DNA from: Candidatus Bathyarchaeota archaeon
Lineage (GTDB): Archaea; Thermoproteota; Bathyarchaeia; TCS64
Reading direction: 5' to 3'
Assembly (NCBI GenBank): GCA_013329615.1
Contig: DUKA01000095.1
Coordinates: 1-36,613, forward strand
DNA: 36,613 nt
Under the pieces are notes generated by a model. It was given only the letters and a program-made list of their open reading frames with translations. It had not been told where the DNA came from and made no database searches. Positions 8,582 through 18,285 of this stretch are shown here, piece by piece (position 1 is the stretch's first letter; each line of letters begins with the position of its first letter). The position numbers and the translations under genes are program-made.

Positions 8582-9496
8582 ATGGGCTCAGCCACGGCAT
8601 TCGCGCCCGGACACCTAACAGGACTTTTCCAGATATGCGACCAGGCTGCGGACCCCCTGCGGAAGGGGGCGCGCGGCTCCGGCATCAGCCTCGACCTCGG
8701 GGTCTACACCACCGTCATGGCGACGCCCGCCGCGGCGACGAGTTGGTTGATAAAGATCAATGGCAAGCAGACGGACGGCGCCTTCGTCTCCGAGAACGTC
8801 CTCACGAAGTTCTCAAAGCGAATCACCCCCCACGCCATCTCCATTGAGCACCACGTCGAGACGCCATCCATCGCGGGCTTCGGAAGCAGTGGAGCTGGAG
8901 CGCTGAGCCTCGCCCTTGCGTTGAACGAGGCGACGGGTGAGGGACTCACAAATAACGAGGCGGCGCAGATAGCCCACCTCGCCGAGATCGAGTGCAAGAC
9001 GGGCCTCGGCAGCGTCTTCGCCGCCGTGAGGGGTGGCTTCGGCGTGCTCACAAAGCCCGGCGCACCCGGCGTAGGCGACGCCGTATCCTACCCTGACGTA
9101 GACAGCCTGCGCGTCGTCTACCTCTACTTCGGCCCAATCCCCACGAAGGAGGCGCTAAGCAACCCCGCCCTCAGGGCGAAGATAAACGAACTCGGCGGCA
9201 GATACGTCGACGAACTAGCCAAGGAACGCGACGCGGAGAAGTTCATGAGGCTGAGCCGCCAGTTCACCGAGCACGTCGGCCTCGTCACCCCCAAGCTCAG
9301 GAAGGTCTTCCAAACGATGGACGCCGCCGGCTACACCTTCACAATGGCGATGTTCGGCGAGGTCGCCTTCGGGGTCATGAAAAGGGAGAGAGCGGTCGAG
9401 GCCGCGATGCTCTTGGAGGCATCATTCCCCGGGTGTGAAGCCGTCGTCGTCGGCATAGACGGGGTCGGTTCGAGAGTGACCTCTAGAAGCCGCTGA
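8582..9496 (+). CDS. Pantoate kinase (archaeal GHMP kinase)
   Basis: AFAPGHLTGLF, GARGSG, AGFGSSGAGAL, AHLAEIECKTGLGSV, PGAPG, MAMFGE. Confidence 0.88.
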   Translation: MGSATAFAPGHLTGLFQICDQAADPLRKGARGSGISLDLGVYTTVMATPAAATSWLIKINGKQTDGAFVSENVLTKFSKRITPHAISIEHHVETPSIAGFGSSGAGALSLALALNEATGEGLTNNEAAQIAHLAEIECKTGLGSVFAAVRGGFGVLTKPGAPGVGDAVSYPDVDSLRVVYLYFGPIPTKEALSNPALRAKINELGGRYVDELAKERDAEKFMRLSRQFTEHVGLVTPKLRKVFQTMDAAGYTFTMAMFGEVAFGVMKRERAVEAAMLLEASFPGCEAVVVGIDGVGSRVTSRSR

Positions 9497-9509
9497 GAAG
9501 ACGTGGTTC

Positions 9510-9788
9510 TTACAGGCTAGGCTCGTCGTTGGGGAGCTTTACCGGGATGAGTAACTCGGTAGCGTAGTGGGTCATCTGGGGCGGCCTGGGGACCTTGGCT
9601 GTCATCTCCATGAAGTGGTCGTAGCTGCGTGCGGAGAAGATCCAGCAGAAGTTCCACTTCTGGTTCATGGAGCCGTGTATGCCCATGTACTCGACGCCTA
9701 CCTCCTTGGAGGCGTTCTGTAGCCGCTTGTCGTGCTCCCTAAGCTCCTTCCTGCTGCCCACCCAGTCGAAGTATAGGAGTATCTTCAT
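9510..9788 (-). CDS. Small hypothetical protein
   Basis: 92-aa ORF with ATG start and host-like codon usage filling an intergenic gap; no family recognised. Confidence 0.7.
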   Translation of the reverse strand: MKILLYFDWVGSRKELREHDKRLQNASKEVGVEYMGIHGSMNQKWNFCWIFSARSYDHFMEMTAKVPRPPQMTHYATELLIPVKLPNDEPSL

Positions 9789-9920
9789 TACTATTCTCCC
9801 GTAAGCGTTTGCTATTACTCTTATATCGTTATCGTTTTCCTTCGCTCAAGCCTCTCCGGGGCCCCAGCAAAACGATTATTACCGGCGGTTGAGCCCTTGA
9901 TTTGCTAAGAGTGACATATT

Positions 9921-11075
9921 ATGTACAACGCGGATGTTCTCAACTCATCAACTATTGAGGGCATGCTCGCGGCGCCCGGCATCAAGTGGCACCGCGACCC
10001 CCCAGACGTAATCGGCATGTGGCTCGCCGACCCCGACTTCCCCACGGCGCCCTTCATCAAGAAGGCGCTCCTCAACGCCGTACAGGACGAAGATCTTCTC
10101 TACAACACCGACGACAAGGCCCGCGCCGCGATGGCGGAGAGGGTCAACAAGAAAAACGGCTTCAAGCTCACGAAGGACGACATCTACGTCACGCAGGGAG
10201 TCATCCCCGCGATGTGGCTCGCCATTCAGAACAGTGGTGCGAAGCCCGGCGACGAGATCGTCGTCACCGACCCCATGTACTACCCCTTCTTCACCGCCGT
10301 AGAGACGTGCCAAATGAAGCCCGCCTACTGGACACTACACGAGGAGGACGGCTACAAGTTCGACATCGAGGGACTCAAGAAGGTCGTCAACAAGAAGACA
10401 AAGCTCATCTTCGTTTGCAACCCCCACAACCCCTCCGGCCGCGTCATGACAAAGGAGGAGCTAAAGGGCATCGTCGATGTAGCAGTCGACAACAAGATCA
10501 ACATAATGGTCGACGAACTCTGGGACGACGTAGTCTTCGACGGCAGGAAGCACGTCAGCCTCGCCACTCTGAGCCCTGAAGTAGCGGACCTCACGGTGAC
10601 GAGCTGGGGCATCAGCAAGACATGGGGCCTCCCCGGTCTCCAGTGCGGCTACCTGACCGCCACGCCGAAGGTGATGGAGGGTCTGAAGAAGCGCGCGAAG
10701 GGCGTCCTCCGCGGCACCTCTACCCTGAGCATCGCCGCCGCCCAGGCCGCCCTCGACAGGCACGGCGAGTATTGGGTCAAGGACATCATCGCCCACCTCA
10801 CCAAGATCAGGGGCATCGCCGACAAGAGGTTCAAGGAGATGGGATGCACCGTACCCGAGCTACAGGGCACCTACCTCATGTTCCCCAAGTTCAACGTGAA
10901 GATGACCCACAAGGAGCTCGAGAAGCTCATGCAGGAGACCGCGAAGGTCGGCCTCGGCACGGGCACCGAGTTCGGCCCAGAGGGCGAGATGCACATGAGG
11001 ATGACCATCGCCACGAGTGAGTCCATCCTCGGCGAAGCCCTCGACAGGATCGAGAAGGCAGTCAAGAACAAGTAG
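9921..11075 (+). CDS. PLP-dependent class I/II aminotransferase-fold enzyme, PatB/MalY (C-S lyase)-like
   Basis: MWLADPDF, CNPHNPSGRV, VDELW, SKTWGLPG, GTYL, RMTIA. Confidence 0.9.
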   Translation: MYNADVLNSSTIEGMLAAPGIKWHRDPPDVIGMWLADPDFPTAPFIKKALLNAVQDEDLLYNTDDKARAAMAERVNKKNGFKLTKDDIYVTQGVIPAMWLAIQNSGAKPGDEIVVTDPMYYPFFTAVETCQMKPAYWTLHEEDGYKFDIEGLKKVVNKKTKLIFVCNPHNPSGRVMTKEELKGIVDVAVDNKINIMVDELWDDVVFDGRKHVSLATLSPEVADLTVTSWGISKTWGLPGLQCGYLTATPKVMEGLKKRAKGVLRGTSTLSIAAAQAALDRHGEYWVKDIIAHLTKIRGIADKRFKEMGCTVPELQGTYLMFPKFNVKMTHKELEKLMQETAKVGLGTGTEFGPEGEMHMRMTIATSESILGEALDRIEKAVKNK

Positions 11076-11097
11076 AGCCACGACTAGGCTCTTTTTT
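11074..11097 (+). terminator. Hairpin plus T-run terminator
   Basis: AGAGCC-ACGACTA-GGCTCT followed by a T run immediately after the stop codon. Confidence 0.55.
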
Positions 11098-11158
11098 AAT
11101 TTAACACCCACTAGACCGTAGAGGGTGTAGATGCTTCGAGAAAAGTGGTTTAGGGGGT

Positions 11159-11470
11159 TTAGATGCCCCTGCTCTTGTGACCGGCCTTAGTGACGCTGCG
11201 CTGCGCCCTGCCGCGCTGACCCTTCGAGGTCTGCTTCGGCTTCGGAATCTTGATCTCGTTCTCCTTGGCCGCCGTTATGTATTCCTTGAGTATCTCGACG
11301 TTCTCCTCGTGCGTCGACTTCCTGCGGAGGTCGACGGGGATGCCGATTATCTTGGCCTCACCGGCGTTCAGGCCGGCTGCCTGTATCTCGGCGAGGCTGA
11401 AGCCGCGTCCCTCCCTGACCGTCTCAGTGCGGAACACCATAGGTGAGATGAAGTAGGACATCTGGGTCAC
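11159..11470 (-). CDS. rpl13e: 50S ribosomal protein L13e (eL13)-like
   Basis: REGRGFSLAEIQAAGL...AKIIGIPVDLRRKS...EN signature; overlaps the rps9 stop. Confidence 0.8.
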   Translation of the reverse strand: MTQMSYFISPMVFRTETVREGRGFSLAEIQAAGLNAGEAKIIGIPVDLRRKSTHEENVEILKEYITAAKENEIKIPKPKQTSKGQRGRAQRSVTKAGHKSRGI

Positions 11471-11889
11471 CTGTAGCTCTTCTGCTTGCGACGGCGTGCG
11501 CCTGGTCCACCGAACTTCTTCGGCTCCTTCCTGCGCGCATCACCGCTGAGCATGGTGCGGTCGTGCTCGAGGAATGTGCTCTTGAGCCTCTTGCTCTTCG
11601 TGTACTTGACGAGTCCCTGTGCGAGGCCCATGCGTGCCGCCTCTGCCTGACTGAGGGGGCCGCCGCCCTCGACGCGGATGTCGACGTCCAGTTTCGTGGC
11701 GACGTCTCCGGCGATGAGTACCGGCTCGAGGATCATCTCGCGTGCCATTATTGGTTGGTGGAGGTGGACGGGGATGTTGTTGATCCTGACCCTGCCCTTG
11801 CCCTCTGTGACGGCGACGCGTGCCTTCGCGGTCTTTCGCTTGCCGGTGGTGAGTGCTGACTTTTTCTTTGCGACTACGGGGGCTGACAT
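11467..11889 (-). CDS. rps9: 30S ribosomal protein S9 (uS9)
   Basis: GKRKTAKAR, GGGPLSQAEA, DARRKEPKKFGGPGAR...QKSYR. Confidence 0.98.
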   Translation of the reverse strand: MSAPVVAKKKSALTTGKRKTAKARVAVTEGKGRVRINNIPVHLHQPIMAREMILEPVLIAGDVATKLDVDIRVEGGGPLSQAEAARMGLAQGLVKYTKSKRLKSTFLEHDRTMLSGDARRKEPKKFGGPGARRRKQKSYR

Positions 11890-11890
11890 T

Positions 11891-12328
11891 TTACTTTACT
11901 CCCATCTTGTTCCAGCCGATGCTCTCGGCGAGTTCACCGACGGTGACTCCCCTGTGGTTGAGCTTGCTGCTGTGGCACTCGGGTAGGCTTTGCTTCTCCG
12001 CCTTCGCGAACTCGTCGGGGACGCCGAGGTGGACGTGGAGCCTCTTGTAGGCTGCCTCGCCCTTGGCTATCCTGTAGGGGAGCATCCCGCGTACGGTCCT
12101 GCGGACGATCTCGTGGGGTCTCCTGTGGTGGACTGGGCCCTTGCCGAATCCTCCGACGTGGACGAACTCCTTCCACTCCTCGACCAGCTTGACCTTGTTA
12201 CCGGAGATGACTACGTTCTGTGCGTTCACTAGCTCTATTGTTTCGCCGGCTAGAAGCCTCTTGGCGATGACGCTGGCCATCCTACCCAATACGAGGCCGT
12301 CGGCGTCTATGATTGTCCGTGTGCTCAT
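11891..12328 (-). CDS. rpl13: 50S ribosomal protein L13 (uL13)
   Basis: IDADGLVLGRMASVIAK, GPVHHRRP, RRTVRGMLP. Confidence 0.98.
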   Translation of the reverse strand: MSTRTIIDADGLVLGRMASVIAKRLLAGETIELVNAQNVVISGNKVKLVEEWKEFVHVGGFGKGPVHHRRPHEIVRRTVRGMLPYRIAKGEAAYKRLHVHLGVPDEFAKAEKQSLPECHSSKLNHRGVTVGELAESIGWNKMGVK

Positions 12329-12469
12329 CGCGTATTCAACCTATTTCATCGGCTCAGGCTGCCTGATGCACCCTGCCTACATCACGTCTATAATTATAAA
12401 GGTTTTCCAAAGGCTGATGCTCGCATAGGGGCGGTGATGGTCGCGGAATGATGGGACAGAAAGGGGATG

Positions 12470-12721
12470 CTAGGCTTCCCAGCCGTAGTTGCTGAACTCG
12501 ACAGTGTTTATGATCTTTACCTTGAAGTCCTCGTCGCTGCACTTCTGGCTGTACATTACGAAGCCGTCGAAGGCGAAGAGGTGATTCTTTCCACGCCTGT
12601 AGATGATGCGGGGCTTCGCTATCTCGACGAGTTGGAGGAACTCTTCCCGGTTGAACTTTAGGCGGTAGCCGCTCGCGTTGCTATCCGCCGAAGCTGCAGC
12701 CGCCACAGTCGCTGCTTCCAT
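12470..12721 (-). CDS. Small hypothetical protein with Ala-rich N-terminus
   Basis: 83-aa ORF MEAATVAAAASA...EEFLQLVEIAKPRIIY...FDGFVMYS with typical codon usage; alternative start 12730. Confidence 0.7.
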   Translation of the reverse strand: MEAATVAAAASADSNASGYRLKFNREEFLQLVEIAKPRIIYRRGKNHLFAFDGFVMYSQKCSDEDFKVKIINTVEFSNYGWEA

Positions 12722-12797
12722 TTCAGTCACCTGAATAGTGTTCGGTGTCCTTGGGCTATAGCTTTTGGTGATGTAGAAAAAATAGGCTATATAGAGG

Positions 12798-13418
12798 CTA
12801 AGTTAGGAGGCTCGTCAGGAACTGGACGAGCAGCTGCGCCCTTCCCGTGATGTATGTTATCCTCGTCATTGCCACCTGTCCGAACATGGCTCCGAAGAAG
12901 AGCATCATGAAGTACCGCCCCGTGGTCTTCACCCGTGCCCCGCCGGCACCTCCTTCGACGGTGAAGAGGAAGTAGGTGAGGGTCGAGACTACGCCTGCGA
13001 GCACAAGGACGGCGTTGAGGGTCGCCATCGGGTCTCCCCAGATGATCACCGGCTGCATCGACGCCTTGATCTGGTCGTAGATGTAAGTGTGGGCGGCACC
13101 GCGTATGGCTAGCCCGACGCCGACCCCACTCATCACCGCCACGGGCCACTGGCTCAGCTTGCCCAGCCTCTTCGAGTAAACCGTGAAGAGGAGGAGCCCG
13201 AGGGCTACGGGTATCGCGAGGGTCAGGTTACCGCCGAGCAGGGGGTTCATCCCGCTCGACTGGAGGCTCCGCACCGCCATAACGACGACGTTTCCGAGGG
13301 AGATGCCGACAAAGAGCGCCTCAGCCATCCTGTAGGCGGGGTTCTCCCGGTAGAGGACGTAGCTCAGCACGGCGACGGTGAGGCCGATCGCGACCCATGA
13401 TTCGAGGGCGGGTATCAC
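12798..13418 (-). CDS. Uncharacterised multi-pass membrane protein (cluster gene 4)
   Basis: About 6 hydrophobic segments; SYVLYRENPAYRMAE..FVG, TLTYFLFT, GRYFMMLFFGA; 4-bp overlap with the upstream gene. Confidence 0.85.
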   Translation of the reverse strand: MIPALESWVAIGLTVAVLSYVLYRENPAYRMAEALFVGISLGNVVVMAVRSLQSSGMNPLLGGNLTLAIPVALGLLLFTVYSKRLGKLSQWPVAVMSGVGVGLAIRGAAHTYIYDQIKASMQPVIIWGDPMATLNAVLVLAGVVSTLTYFLFTVEGGAGGARVKTTGRYFMMLFFGAMFGQVAMTRITYITGRAQLLVQFLTSLLT

Positions 13419-14242
13419 TGCTTCCGCCTCCTGAGCCTCTCGCCGACGAAGGCGACGTTGCCGAGGACGATGAAGGCTATCACCACGAGCTGCCCCATAC
13501 TCAGGGCATCTATACCCTGGTTAGCGAGCCCAGGGGCGCCGATTAGCTGCTCATACTCTGCGCAGCCACGGGGCCCGTTGAGTATCGCCTCGACTGAGCC
13601 GGCTTGGTAGAGTGGGTAGAAGTAGCTGAAGTTGACGGCGGTGGGGACACTGAGGACGGGTGTGCCGTACTTTGCCTGCCACTGGCGTGCATAGAAGCCA
13701 GTGGCGGTCCCCGCATCGAATGTCACGACGAGCCTATAGGCGGAGTAGTCGTCTGCCGCTTGGAGCAGTGGGAGCGACGCGGCGTCGTTTCCGGCGTAGT
13801 CCCTGCTGTAGACCTCCCGCATGTTCTCGGCTATGCTGGCGATCATCGTCTCGTCCCCCGCGGCGTAGCCCAGGTTGACGTAGTCGACGCCGTAGCCGTA
13901 CCCCGCCGATGTGAGCACCGGTCTGAAGTACTGGTCGAAGACGAGCGACCCCTCGGCGACCGTGGAGACGGCGACCACCTTGACGCCCTGCGCACTGAGT
14001 TGCTTGGCGAGTGCTATGATTCCACCGCCAAGCTCGGAGACGCTGCCCAGCCCTATGTCCATGGAAACTAGGACAACGTCCCCGGGCGCGAGTGCGTCGA
14101 TTGTGGTCTTGAATTCGGTGCTGTATGTGCTGATCTGCATGGGTAGGCCTAGCGGGACGGCGTATGGGAGGGCGATGAGTAGTAACATTGCCCAGTACAT
14201 CACCCTGCGGTCCATCTTGGCGAGCCTTTCGAGGGCGCTCAT
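13415..14242 (-). CDS. Uncharacterised membrane protein with soluble central domain (cluster gene 3)
   Basis: DRRVMY N-terminal TM, YGVDYVNLGYAAG, G-x-RG-x-AEYE, C-terminal TM ending LGNV. Confidence 0.85.
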   Translation of the reverse strand: MSALERLAKMDRRVMYWAMLLLIALPYAVPLGLPMQISTYSTEFKTTIDALAPGDVVLVSMDIGLGSVSELGGGIIALAKQLSAQGVKVVAVSTVAEGSLVFDQYFRPVLTSAGYGYGVDYVNLGYAAGDETMIASIAENMREVYSRDYAGNDAASLPLLQAADDYSAYRLVVTFDAGTATGFYARQWQAKYGTPVLSVPTAVNFSYFYPLYQAGSVEAILNGPRGCAEYEQLIGAPGLANQGIDALSMGQLVVIAFIVLGNVAFVGERLRRRKQ

Positions 14243-14859
14243 TTGGCTACCCTCCCGCGTTCGAAGCCGAGTATCTGCCTTACGCCCGCTATGATGGCGC
14301 CGACGGCGAAGGCTATGGTGAAGCCGCGGTTGCCACCGAGGCTGACTATGTCGTTCAGCCAGTTGCCGAGGGGCAGGACGCCGGGGAGGAGGTACTCGCC
14401 GACGGGCATGTTCTTCAGCATGATCATCGCGGCCGCCGCGAGGACTATCCCCGCCTCAAGGCTGCGCGCCCGGAAGGTGCGGAACGCCGCGGAGACTATG
14501 AAGAAGCCTATGAAGCTCCCCACCGACATGCTAAGGGGCGTTAGTATGTTGCTGGTCAGCCAACTATACTGGGACGAGGAGGGACTCAACGCGAGACCGA
14601 TGGCTATCGTGCCAAGCGCCGAGGCAACGGCGACGCCGCTGTAGACTGAGCGCTTCTTCACGATCTGCCTGCCATTGTATGCGACGTAGCTGAATAGGCC
14701 TAGTAGCGTAGCGAAGCCCGCAATGATTATCCCCCATAGCTGGAGGCTGCCGCTCGCCGAGGCGAGTGAGGCGTTGTCCGTGAAGTAGCTCGCGATTACG
14801 AGCGTGCAGGCTGCGACGCCGATGGCTATCGGTATCTCCCTGCGGTTGATGAGTGACAT
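14239..14859 (-). CDS. Uncharacterised multi-pass membrane protein (cluster gene 2)
   Basis: About 6 hydrophobic segments; FFIVSAAFRTFRARSLEA, RQILGFER. Confidence 0.85.
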   Translation of the reverse strand: MSLINRREIPIAIGVAACTLVIASYFTDNASLASASGSLQLWGIIIAGFATLLGLFSYVAYNGRQIVKKRSVYSGVAVASALGTIAIGLALSPSSSQYSWLTSNILTPLSMSVGSFIGFFIVSAAFRTFRARSLEAGIVLAAAAMIMLKNMPVGEYLLPGVLPLGNWLNDIVSLGGNRGFTIAFAVGAIIAGVRQILGFERGRVAK

Positions 14860-14860
14860 G

Positions 14861-15643
14861 CTACACGCCTCCTGCGATGAGCAGCTGGCTCAGCCATGCA
14901 ACGCTGATCGTGGACAGTATAGCGCCACCCACGACGAGGGTTATTACGAGTACCTTCGTTGCCTCGGCGGCGAAGACGCTGCCGAGCAGTGCCTTGTCCC
15001 CCGAGAGGTAGGCGCCTGTGACGAACATCTCCTCCCCGATGAGGACGTAGTCGCAGCTGGCGATCTGGAAGGGGAGGTTGACGCTGTCGGGCTGACCAGC
15101 TATCTGGAAGGCGCCGACGGCGTTACCCGTCTCGCTTAGTAGCAGTGCCTCGCTCCAGAATATGCCGAGCCAGAGGGCGGCGGCGGGGCGCTCCTCCTCC
15201 ATCCTGCCCATGCAGGCGCTAGCGTAGCCCCACCCCTTGCCGTAGTACTGGACGGCGGCGTCGCTGTACGCCTCGGGCTCACCCGCGACCGTGTAGGCGT
15301 CGCGCATGGTGTCCTGTGCCAGAGGCATCAACTCGGGGTACGCCGAGACGAAGGTAAGAGGCGTCTGCGCCGTCGCGGCTAGGTTCGCAACGTAACCGAG
15401 CGTGTTCAGCCCCGCCAAGTGGTAGGGCGCAGAGTCGCTGTTCAGGCCGCCCGAGCCGGAGCCCGTGCTGAATATGACGCCGCGCCCCATCTCGGCGCTG
15501 CGTCCCACGGCCTCCTTGATGACCTCGAGGCCGGGGATGCGGCGCAGCTCGCGGTACCGCCCCTTGCTCCCCGCGTACAGGGAGACGAGTGTGGCGGCGA
15601 GTATGAAGATTAGCAGGGCGAGGACGCCGATCCTCTGGATCAT
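14861..15643 (-). CDS. DUF6754-like membrane protein (cluster gene 1)
   Basis: LRRIPGLEVIKEAVGRSAEMGR, ESL/EAL-type WSEALLLSETG, GAFQIAG, CDYVLIGEEMF..GAYLS. ATG 15643 is preceded by GGAGG. Family assignment from memory. Confidence 0.8.
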   Translation of the reverse strand: MIQRIGVLALLIFILAATLVSLYAGSKGRYRELRRIPGLEVIKEAVGRSAEMGRGVIFSTGSGSGGLNSDSAPYHLAGLNTLGYVANLAATAQTPLTFVSAYPELMPLAQDTMRDAYTVAGEPEAYSDAAVQYYGKGWGYASACMGRMEEERPAAALWLGIFWSEALLLSETGNAVGAFQIAGQPDSVNLPFQIASCDYVLIGEEMFVTGAYLSGDKALLGSVFAAEATKVLVITLVVGGAILSTISVAWLSQLLIAGGV

Positions 15644-15853
15644 GGCGCCGCGCCTCCGGTGCACCCGGCAACCAAGCGGCGAACCCACTGTGACTGGGGC
15701 TCGTTAGAATAACCGCTGGGTGAACGAGAGAAAAACTGATCTAGGAAACTGAGGCGTTCACAGATGAACGCAATCCAACCCGGTGAAGGCAATCCCTCAC
15801 AATCATTCACTTCCGCAGCCAGAGGCAGGCTGATCCCATTTAAGGATTCTTAC

Positions 15854-16879
15854 TCAGGGGACGAAGACGACCTTGCAGCCGACGCGGCTCTTCGCCGCCT
15901 CGAACGCCTCACCCGCCTTCTCCAGGGATAGCCTGTGGGTAATCAGTTCCCCGACCTTGATGGCGCCGCTCTTCGCCAGTTTTATGGATTGGTCGAAGTT
16001 CTCCGGCTTGGCGTCGTATGCGCCCGCGAGCGTTATCTCGCGGCGTACGACCTGCGTCATGGGCACCTCGACTGGGCGTCCGAAGATGCCTATGACCGTG
16101 ATCCTGCCTCGTTTCTTCACTATTCCGGCCGCCTGTGCCACGGCGGGCGGCGCGCCCGTCGCCACGAAGGCGGTGTCGGCGCCCCTTCCGCCAGTCCTCT
16201 CCATCACTATGGCGGACAGGTCCTCCGTCTCGACGTTCACCGTCTCGAGCCCGAGCCCACCGGCTATCTTGAAGCGCTCGGTGTCGACGTTGACGCCGGT
16301 GACTATGACCTCGGCTCCGGCGAGGCGGAAGAGCTGGGCGCTGAAGAGGCCAATGGGGCCGCAGCCCTGAACGACGACGAAGTCGCCGAGCTGGATGGGG
16401 GTGCAGTCCTTCACGAAGTGAAGTGCGTTACTCAGCGGCTCGATGAGTGCGCCGGCGTCGTAGCCGAGTTCCTCGGGGAGCCGATGTAGGAGCTTGTAGG
16501 GCACTGCTATGTGCTCGGCCATTCCGCCGTCGACGTGTATGCCGAAGAGCGTGGAGGCGTCGCAGAGGTTCTCGTGCCCTGTGCGGCAGTAGGCGCAGAC
16601 GCCACACGCCTTGACTGACTCGGCGAGAATCCTGTCGCCCACCTTGTAGCCCTTTACTTCCTTCCCCACCTTGGCGACGCGCCCCGAGAACTCGTGCCCC
16701 ATGACGACGGGGAGCCTCATCTTCGAGTACGCCGGCGTGTAGTCGTATATGCCGAGGTCGCTGCCGCAGATTGCGGCCGTCTTCACCTCTATCAGGACTT
16801 CGTCGGGCTTTATCTTGGGCTTTGGGACCTCGGCGAACTCTACGCCGGGTGCGGGCTTGCTCTTGATGACGGCTCGCAT
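15854..16879 (-). CDS. Zinc-dependent medium-chain dehydrogenase (threonine/polyol dehydrogenase-like)
   Basis: ICGSD, GHEFSG, structural Zn CGVCAYC...C, IEP, GCGPIG. Confidence 0.92.
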   Translation of the reverse strand: MRAVIKSKPAPGVEFAEVPKPKIKPDEVLIEVKTAAICGSDLGIYDYTPAYSKMRLPVVMGHEFSGRVAKVGKEVKGYKVGDRILAESVKACGVCAYCRTGHENLCDASTLFGIHVDGGMAEHIAVPYKLLHRLPEELGYDAGALIEPLSNALHFVKDCTPIQLGDFVVVQGCGPIGLFSAQLFRLAGAEVIVTGVNVDTERFKIAGGLGLETVNVETEDLSAIVMERTGGRGADTAFVATGAPPAVAQAAGIVKKRGRITVIGIFGRPVEVPMTQVVRREITLAGAYDAKPENFDQSIKLAKSGAIKVGELITHRLSLEKAGEAFEAAKSRVGCKVVFVP

Positions 16880-16980
16880 CTGCTGGCACCTATGACCTGC
16901 ATGGGTCGCTGCGTCGGTTTTAACGCTTCGCCGCCGGGTAAGGCTCTAATGCTGACGGGGGGCCCATACTCCTGAAGCCT

Positions 16981-18228
16981 ATGAGGGAAGCGGAGAGGCG
17001 GGTTCTGGGCTCCATTGATGTCGACGGCCTCGTCGAGTATCTCTGCGAGTTGATTTCGGTGCCAAGCGTGGGCGGGCAGGAGACGGCGGCTCAGAGGAAC
17101 ATAGCCGCCAAGATGGGGGCGCTCGGCCTCGCCGTGGAGACGTGGGACGTCGACTTCGAGAAGATACGCGACCACCCAGCGTTCAGTATGCCCATCCCCC
17201 GGGAGGAGGGCATAGGCGTCCTTGGGAGCTACGGTGAGGGGAAGGGGAGGAGCCTGATGATCAACGGCCATATCGACGTCGTCTCTCCCGGGGACGAGTC
17301 GAAGTGGAGGTACCCCCCTTGGAAGGGGACCGTCGCGGACGGGCGCGTCTACGGGCGGGGCTCCGCGGATATGAAGGGGGGCATAGTCGCCGCACTCTAC
17401 GCCATGAAGGCGATCATGGACTCGGGAACCCCCCTCAAGGGCAAGATGATTCTGGAGACAGTCATCGGCGAGGAGGACGGCGGCGTCGGGGCACTCGACG
17501 CAGTCCTCAGGGGCTACAGGGCGGACGCCGCGATCGTCCCCGAGCCGAGCGAACTCAGCGCCGTCCCAGCCCACGCCGGCGTCATGGCGTTTCGCGTCAC
17601 AGTACAGGGCAAGGCGGCACACGCCAGCCTGCGCACCGACGGCGTCAGCGCCATAGACAAGTTCCTCCCCCTCTACGAGGCGCTCAAGAGGCTTGAGGTC
17701 GAGAGGAACGCACGCATCAAGGACTCCCTCTACGCTGGCTTCGACGTGCCCTCCCCTCTTAGCATCGGCAAGATAGGCGGCGGCGAGTGGCCCGGCACCG
17801 TCCCCGAGAACCTCTACTTCGAGGGACGCGTCGGCGTACACACCGACGAGACATGCGATCTGGTCAAGAGGCAGGTAGAGTCCGCTGTGAAGAGGGCGGC
17901 TGACGCCGACCCGTGGCTCAGGGCACACCAGCCGGTGGTCGACTGGAACGGCTACCGCTTCGACCCCGCCAAGATAGCCGCCGACCACCCGATTATGGAG
18001 ACTGTCAAGGCGGCGTATAGGGACGTCTCCGGCTCCACGCCGAAGGTCGAGGGGAAGACGTACAGCAGCGACATGCGCCTACTCGTCAACCTAGGAAATA
18101 CGCCCACGATGATCTTCGGCCCCGGGGAGCTGCGGCAGGCGCACACCGCCAACGAGTCCGTGAGCGTGGAGAGCCTTGAGGCGGCGGCGAAGACCTACGC
18201 CCTCGCCATCATGCGCTGGTGCGACTAG
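16981..18228 (+). CDS. M20 family ArgE/DapE-like deacylase
   Basis: NGHIDVV, YGRGSADMKGG, GEEDGG, PEPS, SDMR, FGPG...AHTANE. Confidence 0.93.
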   Translation: MREAERRVLGSIDVDGLVEYLCELISVPSVGGQETAAQRNIAAKMGALGLAVETWDVDFEKIRDHPAFSMPIPREEGIGVLGSYGEGKGRSLMINGHIDVVSPGDESKWRYPPWKGTVADGRVYGRGSADMKGGIVAALYAMKAIMDSGTPLKGKMILETVIGEEDGGVGALDAVLRGYRADAAIVPEPSELSAVPAHAGVMAFRVTVQGKAAHASLRTDGVSAIDKFLPLYEALKRLEVERNARIKDSLYAGFDVPSPLSIGKIGGGEWPGTVPENLYFEGRVGVHTDETCDLVKRQVESAVKRAADADPWLRAHQPVVDWNGYRFDPAKIAADHPIMETVKAAYRDVSGSTPKVEGKTYSSDMRLLVNLGNTPTMIFGPGELRQAHTANESVSVESLEAAAKTYALAIMRWCD

Positions 18229-18285
18229 TGGTAGACGGCAGCCATTTTTAGGGCGGGCTACGAAGGGGGTTTAAGGCGAATCGAT

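Noticed and set aside
12329..12469. Possible tRNA upstream of rpl13
   Set aside because: No T-loop consensus or cloverleaf found; the region looks like a promoter.
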